Positions 28,516-36,193 of a stretch of 39,626 bases of DNA are shown here, piece by piece. The position numbers and the translations under genes were made by a program. The notes under the pieces were generated by a model. That model worked only from the letters and a program-made list of their open reading frames with translations, was not told where the DNA came from and made no database searches. The DNA lies in the IMG/VR virus record IMGVR_UViG_3300011420_000020, positions 1-39,626 of that record. One strand, given 5' to 3'. The DNA comes from a virus. Its lineage: Duplodnaviria; Caudoviricetes. Position 1 is the first letter of the stretch, and every line of letters begins with the position of its first letter.

Positions 28516-29426
28516 TCGGTACCGAGACCCATTCCGGCACCAGGGTGAAGTACTACACCGGCCTATACCAACCTGAGCCGTCTTGCTCTACGGTAGGCCG
28601 CTCGTGCTACATCGCCGGTCCGATGCGGGGAATCCCGGAGTTCAACTTTCCGCTGTTCTTCCAGGCCCAGCACTACCTCGTTGGCGAAGGCTGGCACGTG
28701 CATAACCCGGCGGCGCATGACCTCAATACGGGCACTGTCTCGGTGGATGATCCCGGTTACGACGAGGGCGATATTGAGGGCTTGCCTCGTTTCAACCTGG
28801 AGAAGGCGCTGCGCTGGGACCTGGCCCGGATCACTGAGTCGGATGCCGTCGTGCTCTTGCCCGGTTGGGAGCAGTCCTCGGGCGTGGCGACCGAGTTGGC
28901 TGCGGCCAAGGCGTGCGGGCTGGAGGTCCTCTACTACTGCCCAGGCGATCGCCTGCTCGCACCTTATCTCTACGGCCAGCCTGAGTACGAGGCTCGGGCG
29001 CTAAGGGTTATGCAGAACTCGTTGCCGCCCGGTCAAGAGGAAGATATCCTCTGGTCCAGCACGTGGACCGATGGCTACGCCCCGGGCGAGGTGCGGTTCA
29101 CGGATCCAGACACCGGCGGTGAGAAAGGCTCCAAGCTGGCCCGCTTCGATCTCATTCCGCCGGACGCTCTTTGGGAGTTGGCCGAGTTGTACGGTGCCGG
29201 CTCCGAGAAATACGAGGACCGGAACTGGGAGAAGGGCTACCCCTGGAGCCTGTCCATCGCCGCCCTCGGGCGCCACCTGGCGCAGTTCATGGACCGAGAG
29301 GACTGGGACGGGGAGACCGATAGCCGGCATATCATCGCCGTCACCTGGCACGCCCTTGCCCTCGCCACGTTCAGCATCCGTGGGCTGGGCACCGACGACC
29401 GCAGTAAGGTGCGGGGAGATGACTGA
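28512..29426 (+). CDS. Fusion of nucleoside 2-deoxyribosyltransferase-like (DUF4406-type) and dATP/dGTP diphosphohydrolase-like (DUF5664-type) domains
   Basis: YIAGPMRG...NPA...SDAVVLLPGWEQSSGVATE, then KLARFDLIP...GSEKYEDRNWEKG...RH. Confidence 0.75.
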   Translation: MIGTETHSGTRVKYYTGLYQPEPSCSTVGRSCYIAGPMRGIPEFNFPLFFQAQHYLVGEGWHVHNPAAHDLNTGTVSVDDPGYDEGDIEGLPRFNLEKALRWDLARITESDAVVLLPGWEQSSGVATELAAAKACGLEVLYYCPGDRLLAPYLYGQPEYEARALRVMQNSLPPGQEEDILWSSTWTDGYAPGEVRFTDPDTGGEKGSKLARFDLIPPDALWELAELYGAGSEKYEDRNWEKGYPWSLSIAALGRHLAQFMDREDWDGETDSRHIIAVTWHALALATFSIRGLGTDDRSKVRGDD

Positions 29427-30477
29427 CGACATTATGGCGAAGACCGTTCGGTCTCTCGCCACGGCCACGGCCACCGCTGACGAGCGCTGGAACGAGATCA
29501 AGCGTCTTCGTCGTGAGCTAGGCCATTCTGAGCAGGAAGTCGAGCGGCTCAACGCCAGGCTTGAACGATACGCCTACGTGCGTGCGGCCGACCTTCGGCC
29601 AGTGGCCTGGATCGCCAAACCCAAGTCGAAGCAAGTTCACGTCGCCACGCCAGTGCTCATGCTAAGCGACCTTCACCTCGACGAGGTGGTCGACCTGGAC
29701 GAGATGGACGGTGTAAACGCCTACGACCGGGACATAGCCCACGGCAGGCTGGAGCGCATCGTCAACGGGGCGGCGGACTTGGCGAAGAACTACGTGAACG
29801 GGGTGTCACTTCAGGGGATCATCGTGCCCCTGCTCGGCGACATCATCACAGGCGACATCCACGACGAGTTGGCCCGGACCAATGCTGCGCCGGTGCCAGC
29901 AACCATCGTCCACTGGATGCCCGCCCTGGCCTCGGCGCTAAGGTACTTGGCTGACGAGTTCGGGGCGGTCCATGTACCGACCGTGGACGGCAACCACGAC
30001 CGTACCTACAAGCAAACGCCGAAGAAGAAGCGGGCTGAGTCCTCGAACGCTTGGATCATTTACAACTGGCTCGCCGACACGGTGCGGGACGATCCTCGCA
30101 TCACCTTCCAGATCAGCACCTCGGCCGAGCAACAGATGAAGGTGTATGACACCACCTTGTTGCTTTCGCACGGCGACTCGTTCCGCTCAGCCGGCGGGGT
30201 CGGCGGGCTCTATCCGAGCCTCTTGAAGTGGCTCCTACGCCGGCACGCCTTCTACGGGGCGGTCGGTAAGCCTTTCGATCTGGCGCTCATCGGACACTGG
30301 CACCAACTGCTTTGGGGCCAGGACTTCGTGGTGAACGGCTCGCTGAAGGGTTACGACGAGTACGCCAAGGACGGCGGATTCGGCTTCGAGCGCCCACAGC
30401 AGGCCATGTTCTTCATCACTCCTGAGAACGGAGTCGTTCAGCGGCTTCCTGTCTTCGCAGAGAAAGGCCAACGATGA
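29419..30477 (+). CDS. Calcineurin-like metallophosphoesterase with N-terminal coiled coil
   Basis: SDLH, GDII, GNHD, HGD and GHWH motifs; likely start ATG 29419 (GGGGAG SD). Confidence 0.85.
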   Translation: MTDDIMAKTVRSLATATATADERWNEIKRLRRELGHSEQEVERLNARLERYAYVRAADLRPVAWIAKPKSKQVHVATPVLMLSDLHLDEVVDLDEMDGVNAYDRDIAHGRLERIVNGAADLAKNYVNGVSLQGIIVPLLGDIITGDIHDELARTNAAPVPATIVHWMPALASALRYLADEFGAVHVPTVDGNHDRTYKQTPKKKRAESSNAWIIYNWLADTVRDDPRITFQISTSAEQQMKVYDTTLLLSHGDSFRSAGGVGGLYPSLLKWLLRRHAFYGAVGKPFDLALIGHWHQLLWGQDFVVNGSLKGYDEYAKDGGFGFERPQQAMFFITPENGVVQRLPVFAEKGQR

Positions 30478-30569
30478 GCGCCGAGGCCGAGTTGCACGAG
30501 AAGCTGGATAAGATCATTCAACTGCTCACTGAGATCGCCGCCGCACTGGCTGCGCTACGGGAGGGATGA
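30474..30569 (+). CDS. 31-aa helical peptide
   Basis: Hand translation MSAEAELHEKLDKIIQLLTEIAAALAALREG; ATGA overlaps at both ends. Confidence 0.5.
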   Translation: MSAEAELHEKLDKIIQLLTEIAAALAALREG

Positions 30570-30670
30570 TGACCGCCACCCTTACCGCACTGGAGTACGG
30601 CCAGATCATGCTCATCACTGCGATACTCGTCATTGTCGTGTGGTTCATCGTGAAACTGACCCCCGACTGA
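30566..30670 (+). CDS. 34-aa single-TM peptide
   Basis: MMTATLTALEYGQIMLITAILVIVVWFIVKLTPD; GGAGGG SD; coupled to neighbours. Confidence 0.5.
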   Translation: MMTATLTALEYGQIMLITAILVIVVWFIVKLTPD

Positions 30671-30969
30671 TGCACGCCATTAAGAACGCAGGGGAAGCAC
30701 AACTCGCCGCCGCCCTCGAACCCTATGGCTGGACGTGCACCGAAGAATTCTGGTTTCGCTACTACACCGACCGGTGGGTGTTCACCCTTGCCAACGCCGT
30801 GGAGGATCTGACTCGTCGGCTGGCGGACGCCGAGGCAGACGCCGACCGACTGGCCGCCGAGTTGAACCGTCACGGTTACGGCGACGATCGGTTCACCCGC
30901 CCCGGCTACCGAGACCCTGGCGTCGTGATGGCCCTCGCCGCCCACGAAGAGGCGGTGGCGCAGCGATGA
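30670..30969 (+). CDS. Hypothetical protein
   Basis: TGATG coupling (MHAIKNAG...); coiled-coil segment. Confidence 0.6.
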   Translation: MHAIKNAGEAQLAAALEPYGWTCTEEFWFRYYTDRWVFTLANAVEDLTRRLADAEADADRLAAELNRHGYGDDRFTRPGYRDPGVVMALAAHEEAVAQR

Positions 30970-31169
30970 CCGCTGACGACGTGTTCGTGGCCGGCTGGGG
31001 ATGGCCCACCTACGCCCTCAGCGCCCACTACTTCGAGGCCGGCACCCGCCGGTCGATCTGCGGTGCGTGGGGTGGCTTCGGCGGCTGGCGTGTCCCCGAC
31101 TCGCCACCCAGCGTCGACCTCTGCTACCGGTGCCAGGAACTACTCGACGAACGGAAGGTGACGACGTGA
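30966..31169 (+). CDS. Small His/Cys (Zn-binding-like) protein
   Basis: ATGA overlap (MTADDVF...); AHYF...SICG...LCYRC. Confidence 0.6.
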   Translation: MTADDVFVAGWGWPTYALSAHYFEAGTRRSICGAWGGFGGWRVPDSPPSVDLCYRCQELLDERKVTT

Positions 31170-31333
31170 CCGACGAACCATCCCGTGACCTCTACAAGAA
31201 CATGAGGGTGTTCGCCAGCGATCAGTTTGCCGGGCGCAAGTACCTCTGCGCCTGTGGATGGGTCGGCTGGACGGTCTGGGGTCGTGCTCGAAAGCACGCC
31301 GCCGAATGCCTCCGAGCCAACGAGGTCCCATGA
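31166..31333 (+). CDS. Small Zn-finger-like protein
   Basis: GTGA overlap; CACGW...HAAEC. Confidence 0.55.
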   Translation: MTDEPSRDLYKNMRVFASDQFAGRKYLCACGWVGWTVWGRARKHAAECLRANEVP

Positions 31334-31515
31334 CCGACGAACCATTCCGCACCAAGTACAAGGTCGATATCCACGACCGGGTCACTCTCCGATCGTTGCT
31401 CTCCTGCCACTTCTTCATTGGAAGCCGACCTTATGACCAGGCGTTGCGCTTCTGTGAGAACCACGGCTACGACCCCGACACGCCCATCCTCGTCGAGGGG
31501 AAGCGGAAGACATGA
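31330..31515 (+). CDS. Small hypothetical protein
   Basis: ATGA overlap (MTDEPFRTK...), GAGG SD. Confidence 0.55.
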   Translation: MTDEPFRTKYKVDIHDRVTLRSLLSCHFFIGSRPYDQALRFCENHGYDPDTPILVEGKRKT

Positions 31516-31528
31516 CAGACTAAGAGCT

Positions 31529-31999
31529 ATGAAACTTCCACCGGGCGATCCTCGTGACATCATCGACAGGCGGGGCGAGGTGGCTCCAGGCCGAAACCTA
31601 CGACGAATTCCGAAGCGACCGTCCGGCACGGCGCCGTCGTGGCCGGATCCGTATGCACGCTCTCGTGGCCGTAAGGGCGCTACCGGACCGGGCAGGGGGA
31701 CATCCAGCTTCGGGATCAAGCTACCGCCCGCAAAGGGTGGACCTCCGCCGAGTCAGCCTGATAGGGTCGGCGGCATGGCAAATCGTTACCTTACCAAAGC
31801 GGCAGGTAGAAGTCGAGTGCGCCAGCCCCAGGAAGACGAGCCGGGCTGGGACCCTCGAATCCACGGTAACAAGCGCTGGGGTCCGGGCGCCACGGATCCG
31901 CAAGGCCGCCCGCTGCCACTAGGTCGGGGTGTGAATGCCCGCCCCCGAGGGGAAATGGGCCGAGGACGAGGACCACGTCGTCCTCGGGTCCGGGGCTGA
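31529..31999 (+). CDS. Basic Arg/Gly/Pro-rich, probably disordered protein
   Basis: Fills the gap before the endolysin; contains EDEPGWDPRIHGNKRWGP; start uncertain. Confidence 0.45.
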   Translation: MKLPPGDPRDIIDRRGEVAPGRNLRRIPKRPSGTAPSWPDPYARSRGRKGATGPGRGTSSFGIKLPPAKGGPPPSQPDRVGGMANRYLTKAAGRSRVRQPQEDEPGWDPRIHGNKRWGPGATDPQGRPLPLGRGVNARPRGEMGRGRGPRRPRVRG

Positions 32000-32015
32000 G
32001 GGCCGGGCGCAACCC

Positions 32016-32849
32016 ATGAGACACCTACGAGCGTTCGTGCTCGTCGGGGTCCTCGTAGCCGCCCTGACGGCCTGCCTGCCGGAGAATCAGCGGTATCCGA
32101 ACGGATACAGCGGCGGCACGTTGACCATGAACGAGATCCAGTCTCGCCAGACTGTACGCCAGGCCAACTTCGAGTTCTGGCGTCGAGTAAAGGCGCTTAT
32201 GGAGTACGGCGCCATGCAGGGCGTGGGCCTTGGTGTTGGGACCTGCTGGCGGATCCAGCCGGCGAACGGCGGCCCTGGCTTCGCTAGCCCCGGCAACTCG
32301 AACCACGAGGGCTTCCCCGCTGACGGCGTGTCCGGCGGTGCGGTGGCCTGCGACATGGTGCCCGCCTCCTCCTGGCCATGGATGGAACAGAACGTCAGTC
32401 GATTCTGCCTGCGCACGTTCAAGAATGTCAACAACGAACCCTGGCACATTCAGCCGCACGAGATTCCGGCCAGCCGCAACTGGCGCCGGACGCCGTGGGT
32501 GCTGAGCACCTGTGTCCTGCCTCCTCCTCCGCCTCCTGACGGGCCTGTGTACAACCCTTGGCATCACCAGTACGGCTACTGGCCGGCCATGGCGAAGCCC
32601 AACGTCTGGCACGGTGCCGGCTACTCGTTTGGCACCGACACCCTCACGAGAGGGGCGGTTACATATCTGAATCACGTACTCGCTTTCGAGGCCGGCCAGC
32701 ACATCATTGAGCCGCACTTCGTCTTCTCGATCCACACAGTGGCCGGCGTGCAGAACCTTCAACGGGTCTGCGGGCTGTACCCGGACGGAATCGTGGCCGA
32801 GGACGACTGGCCGTGCATCGACGCCATCGCCCGAGCTAGGACACCCTGA
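32016..32849 (+). CDS. Endolysin: lipoprotein leader + M15/VanY-like Zn peptidase + peptidoglycan-binding domain
   Basis: MRHLRAFVLVGVLVAALTAC lipobox; PGNSNHEG, AVACD, EPWH; poly-Pro linker; VQNLQRVCGLYPDGIV. Confidence 0.8.
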   Translation: MRHLRAFVLVGVLVAALTACLPENQRYPNGYSGGTLTMNEIQSRQTVRQANFEFWRRVKALMEYGAMQGVGLGVGTCWRIQPANGGPGFASPGNSNHEGFPADGVSGGAVACDMVPASSWPWMEQNVSRFCLRTFKNVNNEPWHIQPHEIPASRNWRRTPWVLSTCVLPPPPPPDGPVYNPWHHQYGYWPAMAKPNVWHGAGYSFGTDTLTRGAVTYLNHVLAFEAGQHIIEPHFVFSIHTVAGVQNLQRVCGLYPDGIVAEDDWPCIDAIARARTP

Positions 32850-32853
32850 ACGC

Positions 32854-32888
32854 AAAGAACCCCCCGTCACCTAAGTGACGAGGGGTTC
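32854..32888 (-). terminator. Intrinsic terminator between convergent transcription units
   Basis: On the - strand GAACCCCTCGTCAC-TTAG-GTGACGGGGGGTTC followed by TTT; begins 2 nt after the CCA of the tmRNA-like RNA. Confidence 0.75.
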
Positions 32889-32890
32889 AG

Positions 32891-32968
32891 TGGTGGACCT
32901 GCCGGGAATCGAACCCGGGTTTCCTGCAAGAGGATGATCTCTCGTAGGTCGAACTGCCGTTCAGGCCC
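32891..32968 (-). ncRNA. Minimal tmRNA-like RNA: tRNA-like domain only (78 nt)
   Basis: - strand reads GGGCCTG-AACGGCAGTTCGAC-CTACGAGAG-ATCATC-CTCTTGCAG-GAAAC-CCGGG-TTCGATT-CCCGG-CAGGTCC-A-CCA: G3-U70, A73, stemless D-loop ending TTCGAC, T-arm, no anticodon arm and no tag ORF. Confidence 0.85.
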
Positions 32969-32979
32969 ATCCCTTAGCC

Positions 32980-32985
32980 AGCCTA
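32980..32985 (-). promoter_or_regulatory. Candidate -10 box (TAGGCT) for the tmRNA-like RNA
   Basis: Same hexamer as in front of several structural genes, 11 nt upstream of G1. Confidence 0.45.
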
Positions 32986-32994
32986 CCGGGCGCT

Positions 32995-33252
32995 TTACGA
33001 CGACATCTCACGCCATGCGTCCGGGTCCCCGCTAGACGCACGGATGAGGGCGCCTTCAAGGTCGGCCTTGGCCTCCTCGAACTCAATGCGCTGACTCTCG
33101 ATCAACTCACCTTGACGAAGGAGCCGAATGTTCTGCGAGCGTAGGACCCTGGCCGCCATGTTCAGAAGCGGGCGTGGTGCCCCTGCTTCGCTCCGTTCCA
33201 GGAGGAGGGCAAGTTTCTCTACGTCGAGGTACTCGACAAGGAATCCGCTCAT
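32995..33252 (-). CDS. Hypothetical early protein
   Basis: 85 aa; ATGA overlap with the upstream gene. Confidence 0.65.
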   Translation of the reverse strand: MSGFLVEYLDVEKLALLLERSEAGAPRPLLNMAARVLRSQNIRLLRQGELIESQRIEFEEAKADLEGALIRASSGDPDAWREMSS

Positions 33253-33422
33253 CGTACTCGGTCCTTGTGTACGGCAGTGATGTACGCCCAGGCAACCTCA
33301 GCGGGATCGGAGGCGCTGGCCCGCTGTGCCTTGGCGAACTCACGGTTGAAGATGCCCCTGACCCAGGCGGGCAAAGCCCGCTCATCGTCCTGAGGCGCCT
33401 CCGTTGGGAAGGCTATTTGCAT
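33249..33422 (-). CDS. Hypothetical early protein (57 aa, MQIAFPTEAPQDD...)
   Basis: Hand translation; ATG follows the GAGAGGAGA SD of the repeat element at 33428-33488. Confidence 0.7.
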   Translation of the reverse strand: MQIAFPTEAPQDDERALPAWVRGIFNREFAKAQRASASDPAEVAWAYITAVHKDRVR

Positions 33423-33494
33423 TGTCTTCTCCTCTCATGACCGCCGAATTGGCGGAGTACCTGGACACCGTTTACACGCTATCCAGGTGGTCGA

Positions 33495-33650
33495 CTAGGC
33501 GAGTCGACGGATGATTTGTTCTATGGCGAGCGTATTGGCTGCCTGCTTTGCCTCTATGCGCTCCTCTCGAACCCGGCTCCAATCGGGAAGATCGGACGGG
33601 TTCGAGCCTGCGTACTCGTCAAGGAAGGCGATGTCGCCTGCCCCGTTCAC
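33495..33650 (-). CDS. Small hypothetical early protein
   Basis: Probable GTG start at 33650 overlapping the upstream TGA (MNGAGDIAFLDEY...). Confidence 0.55.
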   Translation of the reverse strand: MNGAGDIAFLDEYAGSNPSDLPDWSRVREERIEAKQAANTLAIEQIIRRLA

Positions 33651-34084
33651 AGATCGACCCTGTACAGAGCGATGCTGCCGGGCTTCCGTGCCCACCCTGG
33701 CTTGCCTTCAACTCGGACCAAGTCCCGTGCCGCCTGATAGATTCGCTCTTCCTCCTCGATGAGAGCAACGAGAACTGGATCGGACTCTTTGACGGTGGGC
33801 ACTGGAGCTAGGCCGGGACCGGTGAAACTCTGTTCGTGCTCAACCATCCAGGCTAGGTTCTGTGCGTGCTGAATGACGCCCGCCTTGCCAAACCAAACGT
33901 CGTGGCCCCCGTCGTTCGCTCGCCCCACTTCAGGGACGAAGCCAACGGCGTGAACCGTGTACGTGATGGGGTCGTTGTCGGTCTCTTGTCGTATCTGGTA
34001 GCCGCCACGTACCAGCCCATCCCCATCCAGCACATAGAATTGGGCGAGCGGGTGGCCGGGCAGCACTTCGGTTGTCTTAGGCAT
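33647..34084 (-). CDS. Hypothetical early protein (MPKTTEVL...)
   Basis: ATG 34084 follows the element SD. Confidence 0.75.
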   Translation of the reverse strand: MPKTTEVLPGHPLAQFYVLDGDGLVRGGYQIRQETDNDPITYTVHAVGFVPEVGRANDGGHDVWFGKAGVIQHAQNLAWMVEHEQSFTGPGLAPVPTVKESDPVLVALIEEEERIYQAARDLVRVEGKPGWARKPGSIALYRVDL

Positions 34085-34153
34085 GATGTCTCCTCTCGTT
34101 AACGCCATTCGGCGCAGTCCACCTCGACCTTTCGACGGGTCGAGGCGGGTTAC

Positions 34154-34663
34154 TCAGTACCCCCGGACGGGGGGTTCGACGTCGGCCCGGTTGATCCAGG
34201 CATCGACGCTGCCAGCCTCGGCGATCTCTGCCGCCAGGGCTTCCTGCCATTCCCGCTCTAGCTTGCGCCGGCGCACCACCCACTGGGCGATGAACGCAAC
34301 GCCGAGCACGAGGGCGATGAGCGCCGTGCCCACGACGGGTCCGGAAGCGTTGCCGGTTTCGGGCAGGCGCCCGAACGTCGGTACCCCAACCTCAGGGGTG
34401 GCCCGCTGGCCGGTGATGAGCACCGGGGGCGCCAGGCTGGCTGGAGGAGCCGCTGTAGCCGGCGGAGCCGACGTTGGGGGCGCCACGGTACCCGGAGGCG
34501 CTGTGGTGTCCGGCGGGGCTGTAGGGGGCGACGTGGGGGTCGCACAGCCCTGTCCCTGTCCGGGCACGAAGTCGCCGGGGTGGTCCCGTAGGTGAATGTC
34601 CACCTGGCCCTGTGTTAGGTGTGTCACGAGGGAACCCTCGTGACACACGAACTTGTTGGTCAT
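34154..34663 (-). CDS. Pro/Thr-rich membrane protein with LPETG sorting signal
   Basis: Start ATG 34663 after the element SD; His/Cys head, TAPP repeats, LPETG, hydrophobic helix, RRRK. Confidence 0.75.
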   Translation of the reverse strand: MTNKFVCHEGSLVTHLTQGQVDIHLRDHPGDFVPGQGQGCATPTSPPTAPPDTTAPPGTVAPPTSAPPATAAPPASLAPPVLITGQRATPEVGVPTFGRLPETGNASGPVVGTALIALVLGVAFIAQWVVRRRKLEREWQEALAAEIAEAGSVDAWINRADVEPPVRGY

Positions 34664-34734
34664 GTCTCTCCCTTCAAGCGGCCATGGTGACCGCAGTCCA
34701 CCCAGCACTTTCGACGGTGCTGGGCGGGTTCTCA

Positions 34735-35046
34735 TTACCACCAGTTGGGGACGTAGTTGTAAACGCCCCGGCAACCTCGGGCGACACCGACTACGAGTCT
34801 GCGCCGGTTGCGTCGTAGGACGTGATGCTGATTGGTCGCCAGGACAAACGTGACGCCCGGCAAGTAGGCCAGCAGCGCCCAGGAACGCCAGAATGGCGCT
34901 GCCCGATCGTGGCTGTACCACGGCCAGTCGAGGGCTCGGTAGCCGCATCCCTTTCCGAACGGGCTAACGGTGAGTCGCCAGCCTACGCCGGAGGGATTGT
35001 GCTCCCAGGTCAAGCGGACTGGGCCGATGTTGTGGCGGATGTTCAT
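34735..35046 (-). CDS. Hypothetical early protein (MNIRHNIG...)
   Basis: SD AAAGGAGGAGA; ATGA overlap with the upstream gene. Confidence 0.65.
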   Translation of the reverse strand: MNIRHNIGPVRLTWEHNPSGVGWRLTVSPFGKGCGYRALDWPWYSHDRAAPFWRSWALLAYLPGVTFVLATNQHHVLRRNRRRLVVGVARGCRGVYNYVPNWW

Positions 35047-35255
35047 GTCTCCTCCTTTCCGTAGAGTGCGCCCGGCTTTAGCGGGCGCTGCTCGGTGGTG
35101 CCCACCTTCCCCTTGACGGGGCAGGCGTGCATCACTTCGAGGACCCACTTCTTCTGCCAAACGACCTTGTTGGCGTGCGGGCAGCCCTCACGAGTGCAAG
35201 GGCCGAACGCACGGTCTCCGGGTTGCGGGCGGTAGTTCTTAGTCGCCATCGTCAT
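35043..35255 (-). CDS. Small Cys/His-rich protein
   Basis: CTREGCPH...HACP; part of a coupled gene chain. Confidence 0.6.
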   Translation of the reverse strand: MTMATKNYRPQPGDRAFGPCTREGCPHANKVVWQKKWVLEVMHACPVKGKVGTTEQRPLKPGALYGKEET

Positions 35256-35364
35256 CCCCCCAGTCGCCCATGAGGGCGACCACGAGGACGAACACGCTCA
35301 CGCTGACGAGCACGACGGCGCTGATGATGGCGAGGACGTGAAGCCAACGGTCGGTGACAGTCAT
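35239..35364 (-). CDS. 41-aa single-TM peptide
   Basis: Hand translation MTVTDRWLHVLAIISAVVLVSVSVFVLVVALMGDWGDDDGD; ATGA overlap. Confidence 0.55.
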   Translation of the reverse strand: MTVTDRWLHVLAIISAVVLVSVSVFVLVVALMGDWGDDDGD

Positions 35365-35570
35365 CGTGCTCGCCGCCGAGGTGCCGGATGATCGCCCCGC
35401 AGCACCCCGAGGTAGTCGAGGGCTGTGACGAGCGCCTGGCTGCGGTCGAGGACGGTCTGTCCGCCCACGGCCTCGGCTAGATACCCCTCTAGCGGCTCGC
35501 CCGGGTGGAAGTTGCCCATGGCGATGATCGCTATGGCCGCATCACGGGACTTGGTATTCGTACGCTTCAT
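35361..35570 (-). CDS. Hypothetical early protein
   Basis: SD AAAGGAGA then ACAAC-ATG. Confidence 0.7.
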   Translation of the reverse strand: MKRTNTKSRDAAIAIIAMGNFHPGEPLEGYLAEAVGGQTVLDRSQALVTALDYLGVLRGDHPAPRRRAR

Positions 35571-35769
35571 GTTGTTCTCCTTTCTAAGCGCTAAGTAACG
35601 AGCAGGCTGTTGAGCCGGTCGAGGTCACGCAGTGTCAGAGTGAGCACACCTCGTTCGCCCTCTCGCTTCAACTGGGTCCCGTCGTGTTGATGTCTCCTCT
35701 CGTTAGCGCCTGATGGCGCAGTCCACCTCGACCTTTCGACGGGTCGAGGCGGGTAATTACTTGTTGTAG

Positions 35770-36120
35770 TCATGGGTGCACCACGGACTTGATCCTGTCA
35801 AGGTCTGACAGTTCGATGTCCTTGGCTTGGATGCACAGGAACACTTGTCGGCCATCGAGCAGACCGTCATAGACAAAGACGGTCTGTCCTGTCAGTTTGG
35901 CTATCTTGCTGGCCCGGTTACAGGCCACGGACAGATTGTCGGTGACGGGTGGACTGTCGAGCACCCGAGCGTTGCCGGACACCCAAGCGCCGTCGGACAC
36001 TCGGGCGGTCGAGGCGACGTAGACGTTCTTGCTGCCGACATAAGCGGTCGGGTCGATGTGACCCCGTACCGATCCGTCGTAGTTGAGTGCAGGACCGGTA
36101 GGGGCTGCGAACGTTGTCAT
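35770..36120 (-). CDS. Hexapeptide-repeat (left-handed beta-helix-like) protein, copy A
   Basis: Start ATG 36120 after the element SD; IDPTAYV...ARVSDG AWVSGN ARV repeats. Confidence 0.75.
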   Translation of the reverse strand: MTTFAAPTGPALNYDGSVRGHIDPTAYVGSKNVYVASTARVSDGAWVSGNARVLDSPPVTDNLSVACNRASKIAKLTGQTVFVYDGLLDGRQVFLCIQAKDIELSDLDRIKSVVHP

Positions 36121-36193
36121 GTTGTTCTCCTCTCGTTGAGCGCCGGACGGCGCAGCGGGCCGAACACCTGTGAAGGTGCTCGGCCCTGGGCGA

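Noticed and set aside
32891-32920. tmRNA/tRNA 3' fragment as a simple attP
   Set aside because: The matching 5' end is present with a compensated acceptor stem, and no integrase is seen in the window. Not fully excluded because the genome is incomplete.
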